From Podarcis pityusensis (lineage: Eukaryota), in assembly GCA_964106645.2 (NCBI GenBank), contig OZ067044.1: 64,000 nt of DNA. The stretch is one strand, 5' to 3'. Of this stretch, positions 26,643 through 38,602 are shown piece by piece. Under the pieces are notes generated by a model, which ran no database searches, was not told the DNA's origin, and was given only the letters and a program-made list of their open reading frames with translations. The first letter of the stretch is position 1. Every line of letters begins with the position of its first letter. The position numbers were made by a program, and so were the translations under genes.

Positions 26643-27139
26643 TTTTTTTTTATAATTTTTTATTAAGGTTTTAAACAAAGAAAAAAGAAAAACAACACAC
26701 ACAAAAAACAATACAAAACTTAACAATAAAAACACAAAACATAACAATTAAAAACAAACTCTCTTTTCCATTTCCAATTTTAAATTACTTATTTTCTGGA
26801 CTTCCTCATACCTCCCTCTTTTGTATTCCAATCCACATTATTTGTCCAGCAGTTTCTTTTCCACTTTTTTAATCCCAATCTTTAATTTAATAAAATGTTA
26901 AAATATATAACTTCAACTTTTTTAAACCTAATCCTTGATCTTAATGTCATATAGCTTTAAATTTTTCCCTTTTATTATCAAATTTCCATTTCTTTAAACA
27001 TCTTTAATCTTGATCTTTAATCTTAATCTATCCTTAACTTTAACCTGTACAGCTGGAAACCACTTATTTTCAATCCAACATCACTCTAACATTCCTTAAT
27101 TTTGCAGTGTTTCTGAAGATAGTCTTTGAATTTCTTCCA
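26643..27139 (-). mobile_element. 5'-truncated L1-clade LINE (3'UTR + ORF2 tip)
   Basis: Poly(T) on the top strand; 20-bp TSD AATTATACAATGAAACTTTC (26623-26642, 27140-27159); homologous to 50993-51380. Confidence 0.88.
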
Positions 27140-27858
27140 AATTATACAATGAAACTTTCCACCCAACATGATATGATTCCAGTTTGTTATCTGGACATGG
27201 ATAATAGATGGAGGGTGGGCGGGTGGGTATGTGTATTCTTAGGTAGTGAGACTGCAGACTTTGTACTTCTTAATCACTTCCTTCTTTTTAAAAAGTTGTA
27301 AAATTTAAAGTTTAATGTTCCCGGAAAATTCTAATAATAGAAATTACCGTAACATGCAGTACCTTCACTTAATGTGCTAATTTTCTAAGCAATGCCATTT
27401 TTTGTCCTATTCCATTAAGTTGCTTCCTTTACTTATAACTGATTTAAGACAACAGTTCTCCGCTTTGCAAGATCACCTGCAACATGGTTGGTCACCATTC
27501 ATTTCACCTCTCATCCTTTCTCTTTCCTTCCCCCTCTCTTTCCCTTTTATTCTCTCAAAAAATGCCAAAGGGTAGGAAAATGCAACCCTACCAAGGCTTG
27601 GTTTCCTTTGGAAGGATACTTGCTCACATTTTGTAATACTTATGTTTATTACAAATATACAGCTTGACCTTAGAGAGGGGTTCAGCATTAAACACCCCAG
27701 CAACTTCCCCAGTTCACTGCAGCCACAGGGAGAACTGTTAACAACTTCAGAACCCCAACAATCCCACCTCAGTCTGCCAGTCTGTTCTTTTCATTTTCTG
27801 CTTCCACAGAGACCTGGGTTACCACATTCCTTAGCTGGGAGGGGGCAGAAGAGACATA

Positions 27859-28077
27859 CAGTGGTACCTCGGTTTAAGAACAGCCCTGTTTATGAACTAT
27901 TTGGTTTACGAACTCTGCAAAACCAGAAGTAGTGTCCCAATTTGCGAACTTTACCTCAGTCTAAGAATGGAAGCCAAACGGTGGAAGGGCACCAGCGGCG
28001 GGAGGCCTCATTAGGGAAAGTGCGCCTGAAGAATGGACTTCCAGGATGGATTAAGTTCATAAACCGAGGTACCACTG
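27859..28077. mobile_element. Tigger/pogo-like MITE copy 3 (different internal subfamily)
   Basis: TA|CAGTGGTACCTCGGTTT ... AAACCGAGGTACCACTG|TA. Confidence 0.88.
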
Positions 28078-30105
28078 TATCTCTTTCCGGAAGAGTCTCT
28101 TTGCTCATTCCCTAGACATTGTGAGCCAGCTATTGAAAAACATTGGCCACCAGCAAGTCCAAAGCTTTGCCCACGTATGCCTTAGGCAACAGATAGAAAA
28201 CCCATTCTCAGAAAGAGAAGAAACCCAAGGGAGCAATTCACACCATTCCACCTCAGTGTGCAGGATTATAGACAGAATGCTCAAGAATTTCGAAGTCCTA
28301 TAAATGTGGCAGACATCATGGTTGTCCAACAGAGAACCTTTAGCAGTGGAAGCTGACCCATTAGGGCAAATAAGTCCCTGTCCCACCAACATCAGTCTTC
28401 CCTCAGCCAGGCCCCACCTACCTGCCTTTTTACTTATGGGTCCAAGAGGTGACACAGCCTGTCAGCTTCCTTCTCCTTGGTCTCCTTGTTTAAAAAACTC
28501 TTCAGACTAATCATGAAAGTCTAAACAGAAGCCAACACACCTGGGATGTTGGGGGTTGTGGTTCTGTGTGCACTCTGTCAACACCCTTGGTTTTAGCATT
28601 GGTATGTTAATGTTATTGCCTGAAAACACCTTAGAGCCACAGGCTAAAGGAGAGCCACAGGCAATGCAAGCTTGTTTGTTATCATCCTCCTTGCCTTGGG
28701 CATCAAGTTATTCAGGGCGGCTGATTTTGCCTGCTATAAAACTCCCCACCAGTAGGCAGTCATTCTGATGGGTAGCAGGCTGTGGGTAGAGATGGGGGGG
28801 GGGATTTAATTCAGTTGGCATTTATAGGCAACTCTACCTAATTTGTGCTTTCCGAAACAATCTGAGAGCCAAAACAAAGGCATCCTTCAAAATTCACACC
28901 TCTCATTTTTTCAGTGCACTTTTCCAGCCAGGTAAAGTTTAAGGAAATGCATATGTCACGTTAAACATGCATAAAAATAAATGTATTGGTGAAAATAATA
29001 TACAAAAATGCATTCTATTAGGAGTAAATACTTTGCCAAAAGTGTGTAGATTGGGCAAAATTGCATATAAACTTATGTATATTAGGAGAAACCTATGTGT
29101 ATTAGGACAGAAGCAACATTGGGGTTCATTGGGCATTCATTTAAAACTCTTGCCTTAATTTTTATCGTGAAAGAGAAGCAAAATAAACCCTTCTGTATAA
29201 AATATGAAAGTATGTATAGGAATTATTATTATTTATTATTCTGTCAGTGCATCAAAATATAATCCTTTGAAAATGTAATAACTCTTTATCCAGCACTTGG
29301 CCATTACTGAGCAACTCCCAAAGAGGCCTTTCCTTCTCCAGGCTGAAGTTCCCCCAGCTTGTCCTTAATATTATCTGAGGCTTTAATGGAAGCAAAGAAA
29401 TCATAAAAAGTCATCATGTACCTTGGCAATTAATATTTAATGTGCTTAGTAAAATACATTTCCTGGCAAATGCCTCCTGCAGAGATGGTTTCCCAAACCC
29501 TGGGGAATTAGTTCTGCTTTCCTTGTAGTCCGTGGTTAAATCTCTTTTCCAGAATGAGCCACTAGAACAAAGAAAAAAAGTTTAAACATGTACTACTAAA
29601 TTAAATCAAGAGAAAGAAAGAAAAATATATATCGGAAGAAACATGAATAACATTGGTTAAGAAGGAGAAACCTTCCTGTGTTTCAAGCAAGAAAGAAAAG
29701 ATGGACAGGAAAGGTGCCCTTACTGACAATTTTAAGAAAATTATTAATAGTGCTACCAAACTTGGAACACTGTGTACAGCAGGAGTGGACAGAAGAAAGA
29801 TTGGGATCTAATAGAGGATCTTTGAGGGATTTACAGTAGATCGGCAAGGGGGTTCTGACACCCTGTTGCTTAACAATAGTCAACAACATGACTTTTCCCA
29901 CTTAACAAATTAAGTTGGTGAAGCAAAGAAAGCTCACCAGGAATGGACTTCCATGCAAACAGGTAGTGAGTTAGGTTCAACTCTTGCACTGAAAATGAAT
30001 TCCTAGGCTCAGAATGTGCTCAGAGGTACCCTGATCTTTTTATTCATTTGCTACTGAGTCACCTTTATTTGATATTTATAATGTTTAATCCGGATAGACT
30101 ATAAT

Positions 30106-30241
30106 CAGTGCCTTTTTCTGGAGGTACGCAAGGGTAAGCAGTATCAGGACCTTTTTTCCAAATGTTAAAAATGTGGCACTTAGTGTAACAACTTCATGTG
30201 AGTATTGGCCCCTTTTTTCTATTAAAAAAAAAAGAGCACCG
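30106..30241. mobile_element. hAT MITE, 136 bp
   Basis: CAGTGCCTTTTT ... AAAAAGAGCACCG termini with 8-bp TSD ACTATAAT (30098-30105, 30242-30249). Confidence 0.85.
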
Positions 30242-33114
30242 ACTATAATTAATTATTGTCTGCCCCCTATTGCTTGGTTTTGCACATTTTTTTTAGTCTT
30301 GGCTTGGAGTTTTCCTTTGTTCCTTGGTTGCTGTGTAATACTGAGCAGTTTGTTCCTTGCTTACTGAGCACAGAGGCTGAAAAATAGGCATAGCAGAGCT
30401 GGTATTGCCATAAGAAGAAGTCATTGCTTGTGGAAAGAGAAAATCCTGCACACATCTACCCACATGCGCTTCAAGTTTACCCCCCGCCCACCCGCACATC
30501 ATAGAAGAGCCAGATTCTGCTCGCAGGCTGCCAGCTGCCTATATTTGGTTGGTATGAAACCAAGAATTATGGGTGGAAAATAGTCAAATTGCCATCAAAA
30601 TGCCCTCAGGAAACCAACTGCATGGACCAAATATTCATGCTTTTCAGACCTCAACCAAACATGCATTTTGTGCCAGACAGGGAATCTAGGAAGGAAGCAA
30701 AGGCAGCCTTTTGCATCCAGCTGGCAGAAAACGCAGTGCCAGTTGAAAGTGTATACTTGCAGGATTTAGCATTGAAATAACCACAGGCAAGCTGTTATGA
30801 CAAACATTTTATATCAAAATCTGGCACCAAAAGAAAGCAAATGTATAAAAGAGCTACAGTAAAATCCTATACATGTCTACTTGGAAACCCCACTGAATTT
30901 AGTCAGACTTACTATCAAAGTGTGTCTAGAACAGTATAATTTATTCAGTAGTATGTTGGAGTAGCTGTTTGCAGCATGGATTCTGAAGGACAGTTGCAGA
31001 GCACATGCTTGGCTTCTAGAAGGTTTCAGCCATAATCTTCAATGTCTCTAATTTAAGCATGGCTGGGGAACCTATGACTCTCCAATTATTGATGGACTAC
31101 AGTTCCCATAACCTCTGGCCATTTGCGAGGTTGATTGGGCTTAATGGGAGTTGTAGTCCAACAGCATTTTGGAGGTCCACGTATAGGAATGCCTCCGGCC
31201 TGACCCTGAAAAGTTGCCATCAGAGCATGGTTCACAATAACGCAGCTTCATCTGTTCAATGTAAGATGCAATACAACAGTAGTAGTAGCAAAACTTCACT
31301 GCTTGAGTTACAACTTTCAGCCTCTTGAAAACTGATAGCTCTGATATTTTCATATCACATTGTGAGCAAGTATGTACTCTTTGCCCATGGTAATGCTCAA
31401 CAACAAAATATTTGAATTAAAGATTTGAATGCTGCTTCAGATCTAGCAGGGGATCTACTAGAAAAAAGGCAGAAACTATTCTTGCTGCTACTTCCTTCTC
31501 TCTGTAGCCCTCTGAAAAGCTTCTTTTGAGAGTTGGAGACCTTTTAAAACAGTAAAGGATCTGATGTGAGATGCTGCAGGCAAATGGGGGAATCCTTTAA
31601 AATCACCTCCTTTCCTTTCTCCAGCAGGAACCTCCACTGGATCTCAGTTCCTTCTGCAACAGGGGGGCATAGTCTGAAACCAGCCCCTAGTGTTTGAATT
31701 TGTAGTTGCCTGGCAAGCAGTAAATATCAATGCCGTAGTCCCAAGTCTGTCACAGATATTTTCCCCATATCACATTAGTCAGCCTCGCCCAAATTACTGT
31801 GGGCTTGAAATTCCTTGAGAGTGCACAAAGGTCATGGCTACTTGCTCCAGTTCCTCCGTTTCTTGTCCCAGCTTCCTTACTTTGCAGCTGTTAAGGCCTT
31901 CTCAAGTTTTCTCCCAACTTCACAGATGCCAGTTCTTGACATATATTAATAGATGCAGTGAGTGGGAGGAAAATAAGGACAACACCAACATACTTTGCAT
32001 TGGTTTCTGCTTCTTTATTGCCCCACCCCATAGCTGCCTTCCATATATTGATTTAGCTCTGGTGGTTACGTTTCCACTGTATTTTTTCACTCAGCTTACC
32101 AGTGTCTTGGCAAACTGTCCATGTTCTTAACCCATTTGCCCAGGTGAAGCTCTCCAATATGCTCATGGAACCAGTGAAAACAGAGGCAAACTCAGAGTCT
32201 TTAATGTCAGAGAAAAGTTGCTCCTCATGTTCACATTCAACAAAGCTAGCCATCATACAAAAAAATTGAGGGCTAAGAATACTTCTGTGGTTGTGTTACG
32301 ACACAAAAATGAATGCAAGAATCTAGACAAAAGTACTCACAGAGTATTTTTGTGTAAAATGAACAACATAACCTTCAGAGCCTTCCAATAATTTTCATGC
32401 ATCTAGGAGTCACTTTTAGCCACAATTTCTAGAGGGATAGCCATGCTAGTTTGTTGTGCCCAAACAACCTGTGCTTGTTTTTCATACATTTCAGCTTGAC
32501 CACAATTGTCAGAGACCACTTTTTGTTTTGCATTTCCATCTGACCTCATCATTTCCTTTTCTCTCTCTTTCCACCCAAATATATATGTATGTGCGCCTAA
32601 GTAAACAGTATATTTGTGTGTATGTGTTTGTGCATGCTCATCTGTATCTATCAACTGAAGATAATGCATCTGATGAAGTGGACTGTAGTTCCCAAAGCTC
32701 CTTTTATGAATTGCTTAGCAATCGTTTACATGCATAAGCTGTATAAATAAATAAAAGCTTATGCCATAATAAATTTGTCAGTCCTGAAGGTACCACAGGA
32801 CTCTTTGTTATTCTCAGCTGCTTATCTCATAGCCCAGTTAGCTGCATGGAGCATGCCATTCTACATCTGGAAATACATTTATCTTTTGGAGATAGTCTGT
32901 TAACACCCTTTAAAGTTCTCCTAGGATCTTCCTAGGAACTCTTCCAACTTTTGTGTCATAAACTTTCTGTCTCTATGGACTCTGACTCAGTAATCAAGTT
33001 TTGAATATATACGTCTCATGGTGGAAATTTCTATTTTGCAATGGAAAAATACTAATGATTATAATGGGGTCATTCTGAATGTTATGGGTGTTCACATAAA
33101 GAGCAGAAAGGGGT

Positions 33115-33143
33115 AAAGAGGAAAAGAAAAGAAAGGAAAGGAA

Positions 33144-33189
<46 letters not shown>
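33115..33189. repeat. Polypurine (GAAAA/GGAAA)-(AG)n microsatellite
   Basis: Directly visible. Confidence 0.95.
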
Positions 33190-33192
<3 letters not shown>

Positions 33193-33503
33193 GTTATTTC
33201 AACACTTCCTGTATTTATTTTATTTTACACAATTATATGTGGGTCACATATGCTAGCAAATATTATTTGACAGCTCTTGAGTCCTTTAGAAGTACTTGTG
33301 GGCTTAGCTTTTAGAAATTTTTTTAACTGAAAGAGAAAACAAAAGTGGGTATCACAAATATAGCCTCTTTCAGCCAGAGTTGCAAATACAGTGCAATTTC
33401 ACTTATCTAGATATCCTGAAGGAAATCTATAGTATCCAGTTGGCCAGATGTATGACTTAACAAAAGCTGTAAGTACAAAGTACAAAGTATTATATGGAGA
33501 CGT

Positions 33504-34143
33504 GGGGTGTCAGGGCTTCTTCTTTGGTCCCTGCCCTGCACTCAGCTCTCACCTGTGGCTCGTAGAAGCTGTCAGCAGGCGACAGTGGCCACACTCCAGG
33601 AACGGCTTTGACTGGCCAGTTAAACCAGGTGAAGGTAGCCAATGGGTCTCAAACCCTCAGTGAGTTAGGGACTTCCCTGCTTGTGAAGACAGGCTCCAGC
33701 AGATTGAGCAGACAAGACCAATGGTGGGTTAAGAAGGCAGTTTATGCACGTGCTGTAGAGGGAAGTGAGGGGCAGATAGGGCTTGTCGACCTGGAATGGT
33801 AGCCCATCTAGGAAAAGGAAAACTCTGATCCTAACCTCTGCTAACTTGCAGGATATCTTTAGGAGAAAAATGGTTAAGGAGTAAACCCTACACAAATCCA
33901 GAGTAGATTCCCTAAGACAGTTGTACTCTTACTTCTGGCAACTCCTGCAGCCAAGCTGGTGCCAATCATACTGCTCTGCTTTCCTTTGGACTACATCAGT
34001 GAGGCCCAGAGGGGGGTGTTGCCATGGACCTCCATACACACTGCTTAGGCTTGTTCCCCAAGGAGGTCACTTTGGTGCTGCTAATGTAACAGTTTGACTT
34101 CACTCCTGGAGGTGCACTCTCTCGAGACAGATGGGTGCCAACA
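33504..34143 (+). mobile_element. Non-autonomous RTE-derived retroposon (5'UTR joined to 3' tip)
   Basis: TSD ATATGGAGA(C/T)GT (33492-33503, 34144-34155). 3' end TCTCGAGACAGATGGGTGCCAACA resembles the RTE end at 21363-21392. Contains the RTE-type 5'UTR motif CTAGGAAAAGGAAAACTCTGA. Confidence 0.7.
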
Positions 34144-36617
34144 ATATGGAGATGTAATTATTATGTTATGAGTATGGAGAGCCAAGTTTTAGATCAGTGG
34201 CAGCTAGTGCTCATTGGAGTTGATAAGGCAAAAAGCAGAGAAGCCAAATGAAGGTAGGGCCAGAATCAATGAGAGGCAGAACTAACTAATTTTAGTTTTG
34301 TCCCCATCCTCCTCCCTCCTGAGTTCTACAACAGCAAAACTGAGGCTACGGAAGAGGAACCTGGTAACCATGGACTGACTGTAAGCAAGAATGCAGGCCA
34401 ATCGGGGCTGGCTGAGGGCAGACTAAGGTTAGTGAGGCAGTGCCCCTAATATACCAGCCTCAGCTGCTCCAACTCCCTGTTTTTTACTTCCTCAGAGCAT
34501 TAATTTAATGCAGTGAGATACTTCTCATATTTGGGATCACTGAAACACAAAAATTGTCCCTCAGTTCATAAGAGATCCAGACTAGGCACTCTTGCTTTGT
34601 AAATGTAAAACACATTGGTGGGCCTCGGGGATTCTAGTTTGTTTGTTTTTAAGTAGACCATGGAAGACTATAGGCAGCCCACCCTTGAAGTATATGGTGT
34701 GGCAGACATGGCAGCAGCTGTTCCCAGACAGATGCCTGCCACATCAAGTATTTCAACTCTGACAGGCAAGGCTACGGGGATTTGGGTGGGGAGATGCTGC
34801 ACATCTGTTTTGTTGACTCAGGCAAAAGTCTGCTGACATTAAAGCTATTAGCAATCCTTTCTAACATGACCAGGACTTGGGTCTGGGCCACCTCTGATAT
34901 GTCATCCTCCAGTTCTGAATCTGCACTACATTTTCCACACTGAGAATTAGATTACTGGAGCTGGAATTAGAATCAGGTTGTGCCATCTGCATTGAATTCC
35001 TTCATTTCACCAAAGACCACTTCCTTTAACAATTTGTTCTGTAAGGAGGAAGGGAAACTGGAGCCACGCCACTGATTATGTTCTTCCCCAAATACACAGC
35101 TTGTAATTAGATCATCTGTTGTGGAAGAGGTGCCAAAAACAAATTCCAGTCTTATCTCTCTTTCTTCCCTCCTGCTTTTAAGAACAATAAATCTGATGGT
35201 TACCTACTCAAGTGTGCCCCATTTGCCCTGATTCAGCAAGGGCTTCAACATATCTATTCTCTGCAGATTTAATATACAAAACTGTGTTGTAAATCTGGTT
35301 CCTGGGGCTGGCTTCTGGCATCTAGCACACTCAAGACCGTGTGCACATTTCCTGATACTGAATTGGCAGCCATGGGTGACGCCAGGCAGATGCCAGGCAT
35401 GGTCAGCTTTGATGGCACTAATCCAGGCCTCCCTCCCTCTTTCCTCCCTCTCCTCATGAGTACTTCCTACACTTCCAAATGCAAGACTGGCCTTGTGTGG
35501 GAGCTGAATATGGAGTTAGATTTTACATGTTGTGTAAGTTGTCTTACAGGAACTCTGTTTCTTAAGAATTCACTTCTTCCCACAAAGTTTTATTCTCCTC
35601 TTAGGGCCATTCGATTGACCAACCTGAGAGTGGGGAAGTTGTCCCAACTTAAATCCACTTTGCAATCCTCTGCGCTTCTAACACTGCCACCATCTCCTCA
35701 AGGGATGGGACATGCCAGAGAGTGTGTCACTCCAAATATGTAACACTTGAAGTAACACTTGAGGCCTAAGAAACTTGGTCCTATATTCATCTTTGTGACC
35801 TGAGCCAACTAAGAAAAGGCAAGATAGAAAAGATTTGTTGAACTAGGACCACATTTTTATTATTACAAACTGTTGCAGGGGGGAAATGAGCAATGTGGGA
35901 AGCTATTCAAGTAAAATGACATAGTAAAACTGTCCAGGGTAAGGTCATGACCTCTTTACCTGGGCAAGATTGTTTAGGTGAGTAGGAAAGCTGTCCTGAC
36001 CTCACTCCCACCCACAGCACTACAACTCCAGGCAGAAAAGCAGCTTCGTCTCAAAGATGCTCCATATCCTAGCTAAGGGTCCCACAGCCCTGAACAGCTG
36101 GCCTTTAGAAACTCTCATCACTCTCAGTTATTGTTATCCCTTCCAGTTAATTTCTCCTGCTTTCCTGCCACAGGGCAGGAAAAAAAGCTCTGTTTAATTG
36201 CACTAGCCTTATCTGCCAATGATAAAATCACACAGGCCCCACCTGTAAGCCCTTCAGGAAGTGTCATAACTCAGATCCGACAAATTAATGTCATCGACAC
36301 AATATAATTCAGCCCTGGCCATCTTAATTTCAGAGTTTGGCACCACAGCTCTCCCTGACCTGGCCAACGTTGGCTCTAGCTCCCTATCAACTTTTTTACA
36401 AGCCCTGTTTAAGCCCCTTGTACTCTCTCCAAACTCTATAGTATAACAACCCTAGGCCAACTCTGCCTGTTCACCCTAATAGCCATACGTTTCTGCAAAA
36501 TTTGGGTCTTGTCCTTCAACAACCCAAAATTGTTCCTTCCCAAATGCAACAACAAAACTTGCAGAGCCTGTTGAACTCAGCCAGACTGGAACAAGGCAGT
36601 CTTGAGCTGATCCTATG

Positions 36618-36762
36618 CACTGGCAGACGAAGGTGGGGGTGGGGGGAGCGGTATGCCCCGGGTGCCATCCCGGGCGGGGTGCCATCGCGAGCTGCTTGCT
36701 ACGCCCCCAGGAATGTGCAACGTGCAATGCTCCAGGTGCTGGAGCATGTCACTCTGCCACTG
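36618..36762. mobile_element. hAT MITE (GC-rich family)
   Basis: CACTGGCAGA ... TCTGCCACTG termini; 8-bp TSD ATCCTATG (36610-36617, 36763-36770). Confidence 0.88.
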
Positions 36763-36840
36763 ATCCTATGTCATGCCTTTGGCCCAGCCACTGGATGGTT
36801 GCTCACTGGCTGAATCCCAGTTGTCTTTAGTCAGCTTTTA

Positions 36841-37098
36841 TAGTGGTACCTCGGGTTACATACGCTTCAGGTTACATACACTTCAGGTTACAGACGCTTC
36901 AGGTTGCAGACTCCGCTAACCCAGAAATAGTACCTCGGGTTAAGAACTTTGCTTCAGGATGAGAACAGAAATCGTGCTCTGGCAGCGCGGCAGCAGCGGG
37001 AGGCCCCATTAGCTAAAGTGGTGCTTCAGGTTAAGAACAGTTTCAGGTTAAGAACAGACCTCCGGAACGAATTAAGTATTTAACCCGAGGTACCACTG
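36841..37098. mobile_element. Tigger/pogo-like MITE copy 4
   Basis: TA|TAGTGGTACCTCGGG ... CCCGAGGTACCACTG|TA. Confidence 0.9.
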
Positions 37099-38360
37099 TA
37101 TTCCCCACAAGAGAGTTGTTATTATAATTATTTGTTTCCCTGCATTATCTTCTACCAACAGCATTTACCGGTATTTAAAATACAAGGAAATCAATAATAA
37201 GTTTATTCAGGGACCATTCATCACCATTCCCTCAACTATGATGAACAAGAAGAAATAAAAAGACAGAACTTATGAACAGAAGCTTTAAAGGCACAGTGGC
37301 CTTTAAAAGCAACACTAGGCTGATCGGTGCTGTGAGTCAGAGCCTCAAAGCTAACTTGCCAGCAATGGGGCTACCAGCCACTGCCACATACTGGCAGGGG
37401 GTGTTGAGAAACGATGGGGAGGTTGCAGCAATGGAACCAATACAGTATAGCTGCATGGCATCAACCTCCCTGCCATCTTGCACATTCCCTCTTCCTCCTG
37501 CTAAATGGCAGCAACCCCACTGCTGTGAAGCGAATGTTGCAGATCCACCCCAGAAGTTGAGCTGCTTCTGCATTCTTCTCTGTAAAAAGTAAACAAATAA
37601 CAGATGACAATTCTGGAGACTAGAGTTGGTGTGGAAGCAACCTCCTTCTTGGGTTCTGATCCACATCACTAACTGAACACATATTTATTGAGAGATCTAC
37701 TTTTTTCTTCTTATTTTAGGTTAAAGCCTGCTTTGTTTTACTAGGAAATCCTTTTTGGCTGATTTACAAGTATGCGTCAGATAAATGTCTTGCTACGAAA
37801 CCTGTTTGCTGTAATCACAAGACTAACAAAACAAGCGGTTATAATTTAACAATTCTTTTTGTTCTATCAGTAACCTAGTCCTGTGCTTATCACTTAAGAT
37901 GCCATTCAAGCTGAAACTGTGAACTAACCTGCCAGAGCATATATCTAATTCTACTGCTTTGAGGGGTTCGTAATTTAACATGACAATGCATTTTTCACAG
38001 CAGATTACCTCTTTTTGGAATGAAAAAAGAATTCATGAAACTTTGCAAGCTGACTTTTCCAGGCATTTTGCATCAGATATGCAAGTACTTCTTAGTTTTG
38101 AAAAGATCCAGTATAAATTTAGATCAAGCATGCTGCAAATTGAATTATTATGTCATGGTCCATTTGAAAAAAATAACATGTTGGAATGAAAGGTCATGTA
38201 AGCCCACATAACATGAAAGAAAAACAAGTTTAATATAGTGAAGGTTGGAGAATGGAGGGTGACCATCTGTGTAAGATGAAGGGTTGAATATTCCTGCTCC
38301 TAGTCTTACTTCAGCCATGAACTCAATATGCAATCCTAGATGAGCCACTAATTATTTCAG

Positions 38361-38602
38361 CACTGGTGGAGGAAGAGGAGTGGGGGGGGGAGCGCACCGC
38401 CCCTGGCAGCATGGTCCCAGCAGGGTGATATCACGGCTGCCCCACCCCTGCGCTGGTTGCCCACCCCTGCAGGCGGCACGCCCCACCTCCAGGGCACGTG
38501 CCACACCCCTGCAGGCGGTGCACCACGCCCCCAGGAAGCACACCAGCCCTACCCCCACCTGCTCTTTGCCCCCCAGTGCTGGAGCATGAAGCTCTGCCAC
38601 TG
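38361..38602. mobile_element. hAT MITE, same family as 36618-36762
   Basis: CACTGGTGGA ... TCTGCCACTG termini; 8-bp TSD TATTTCAG (38353-38360, 38603-38610); shared subterminal GTGCTGGAGCATG. Confidence 0.88.
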
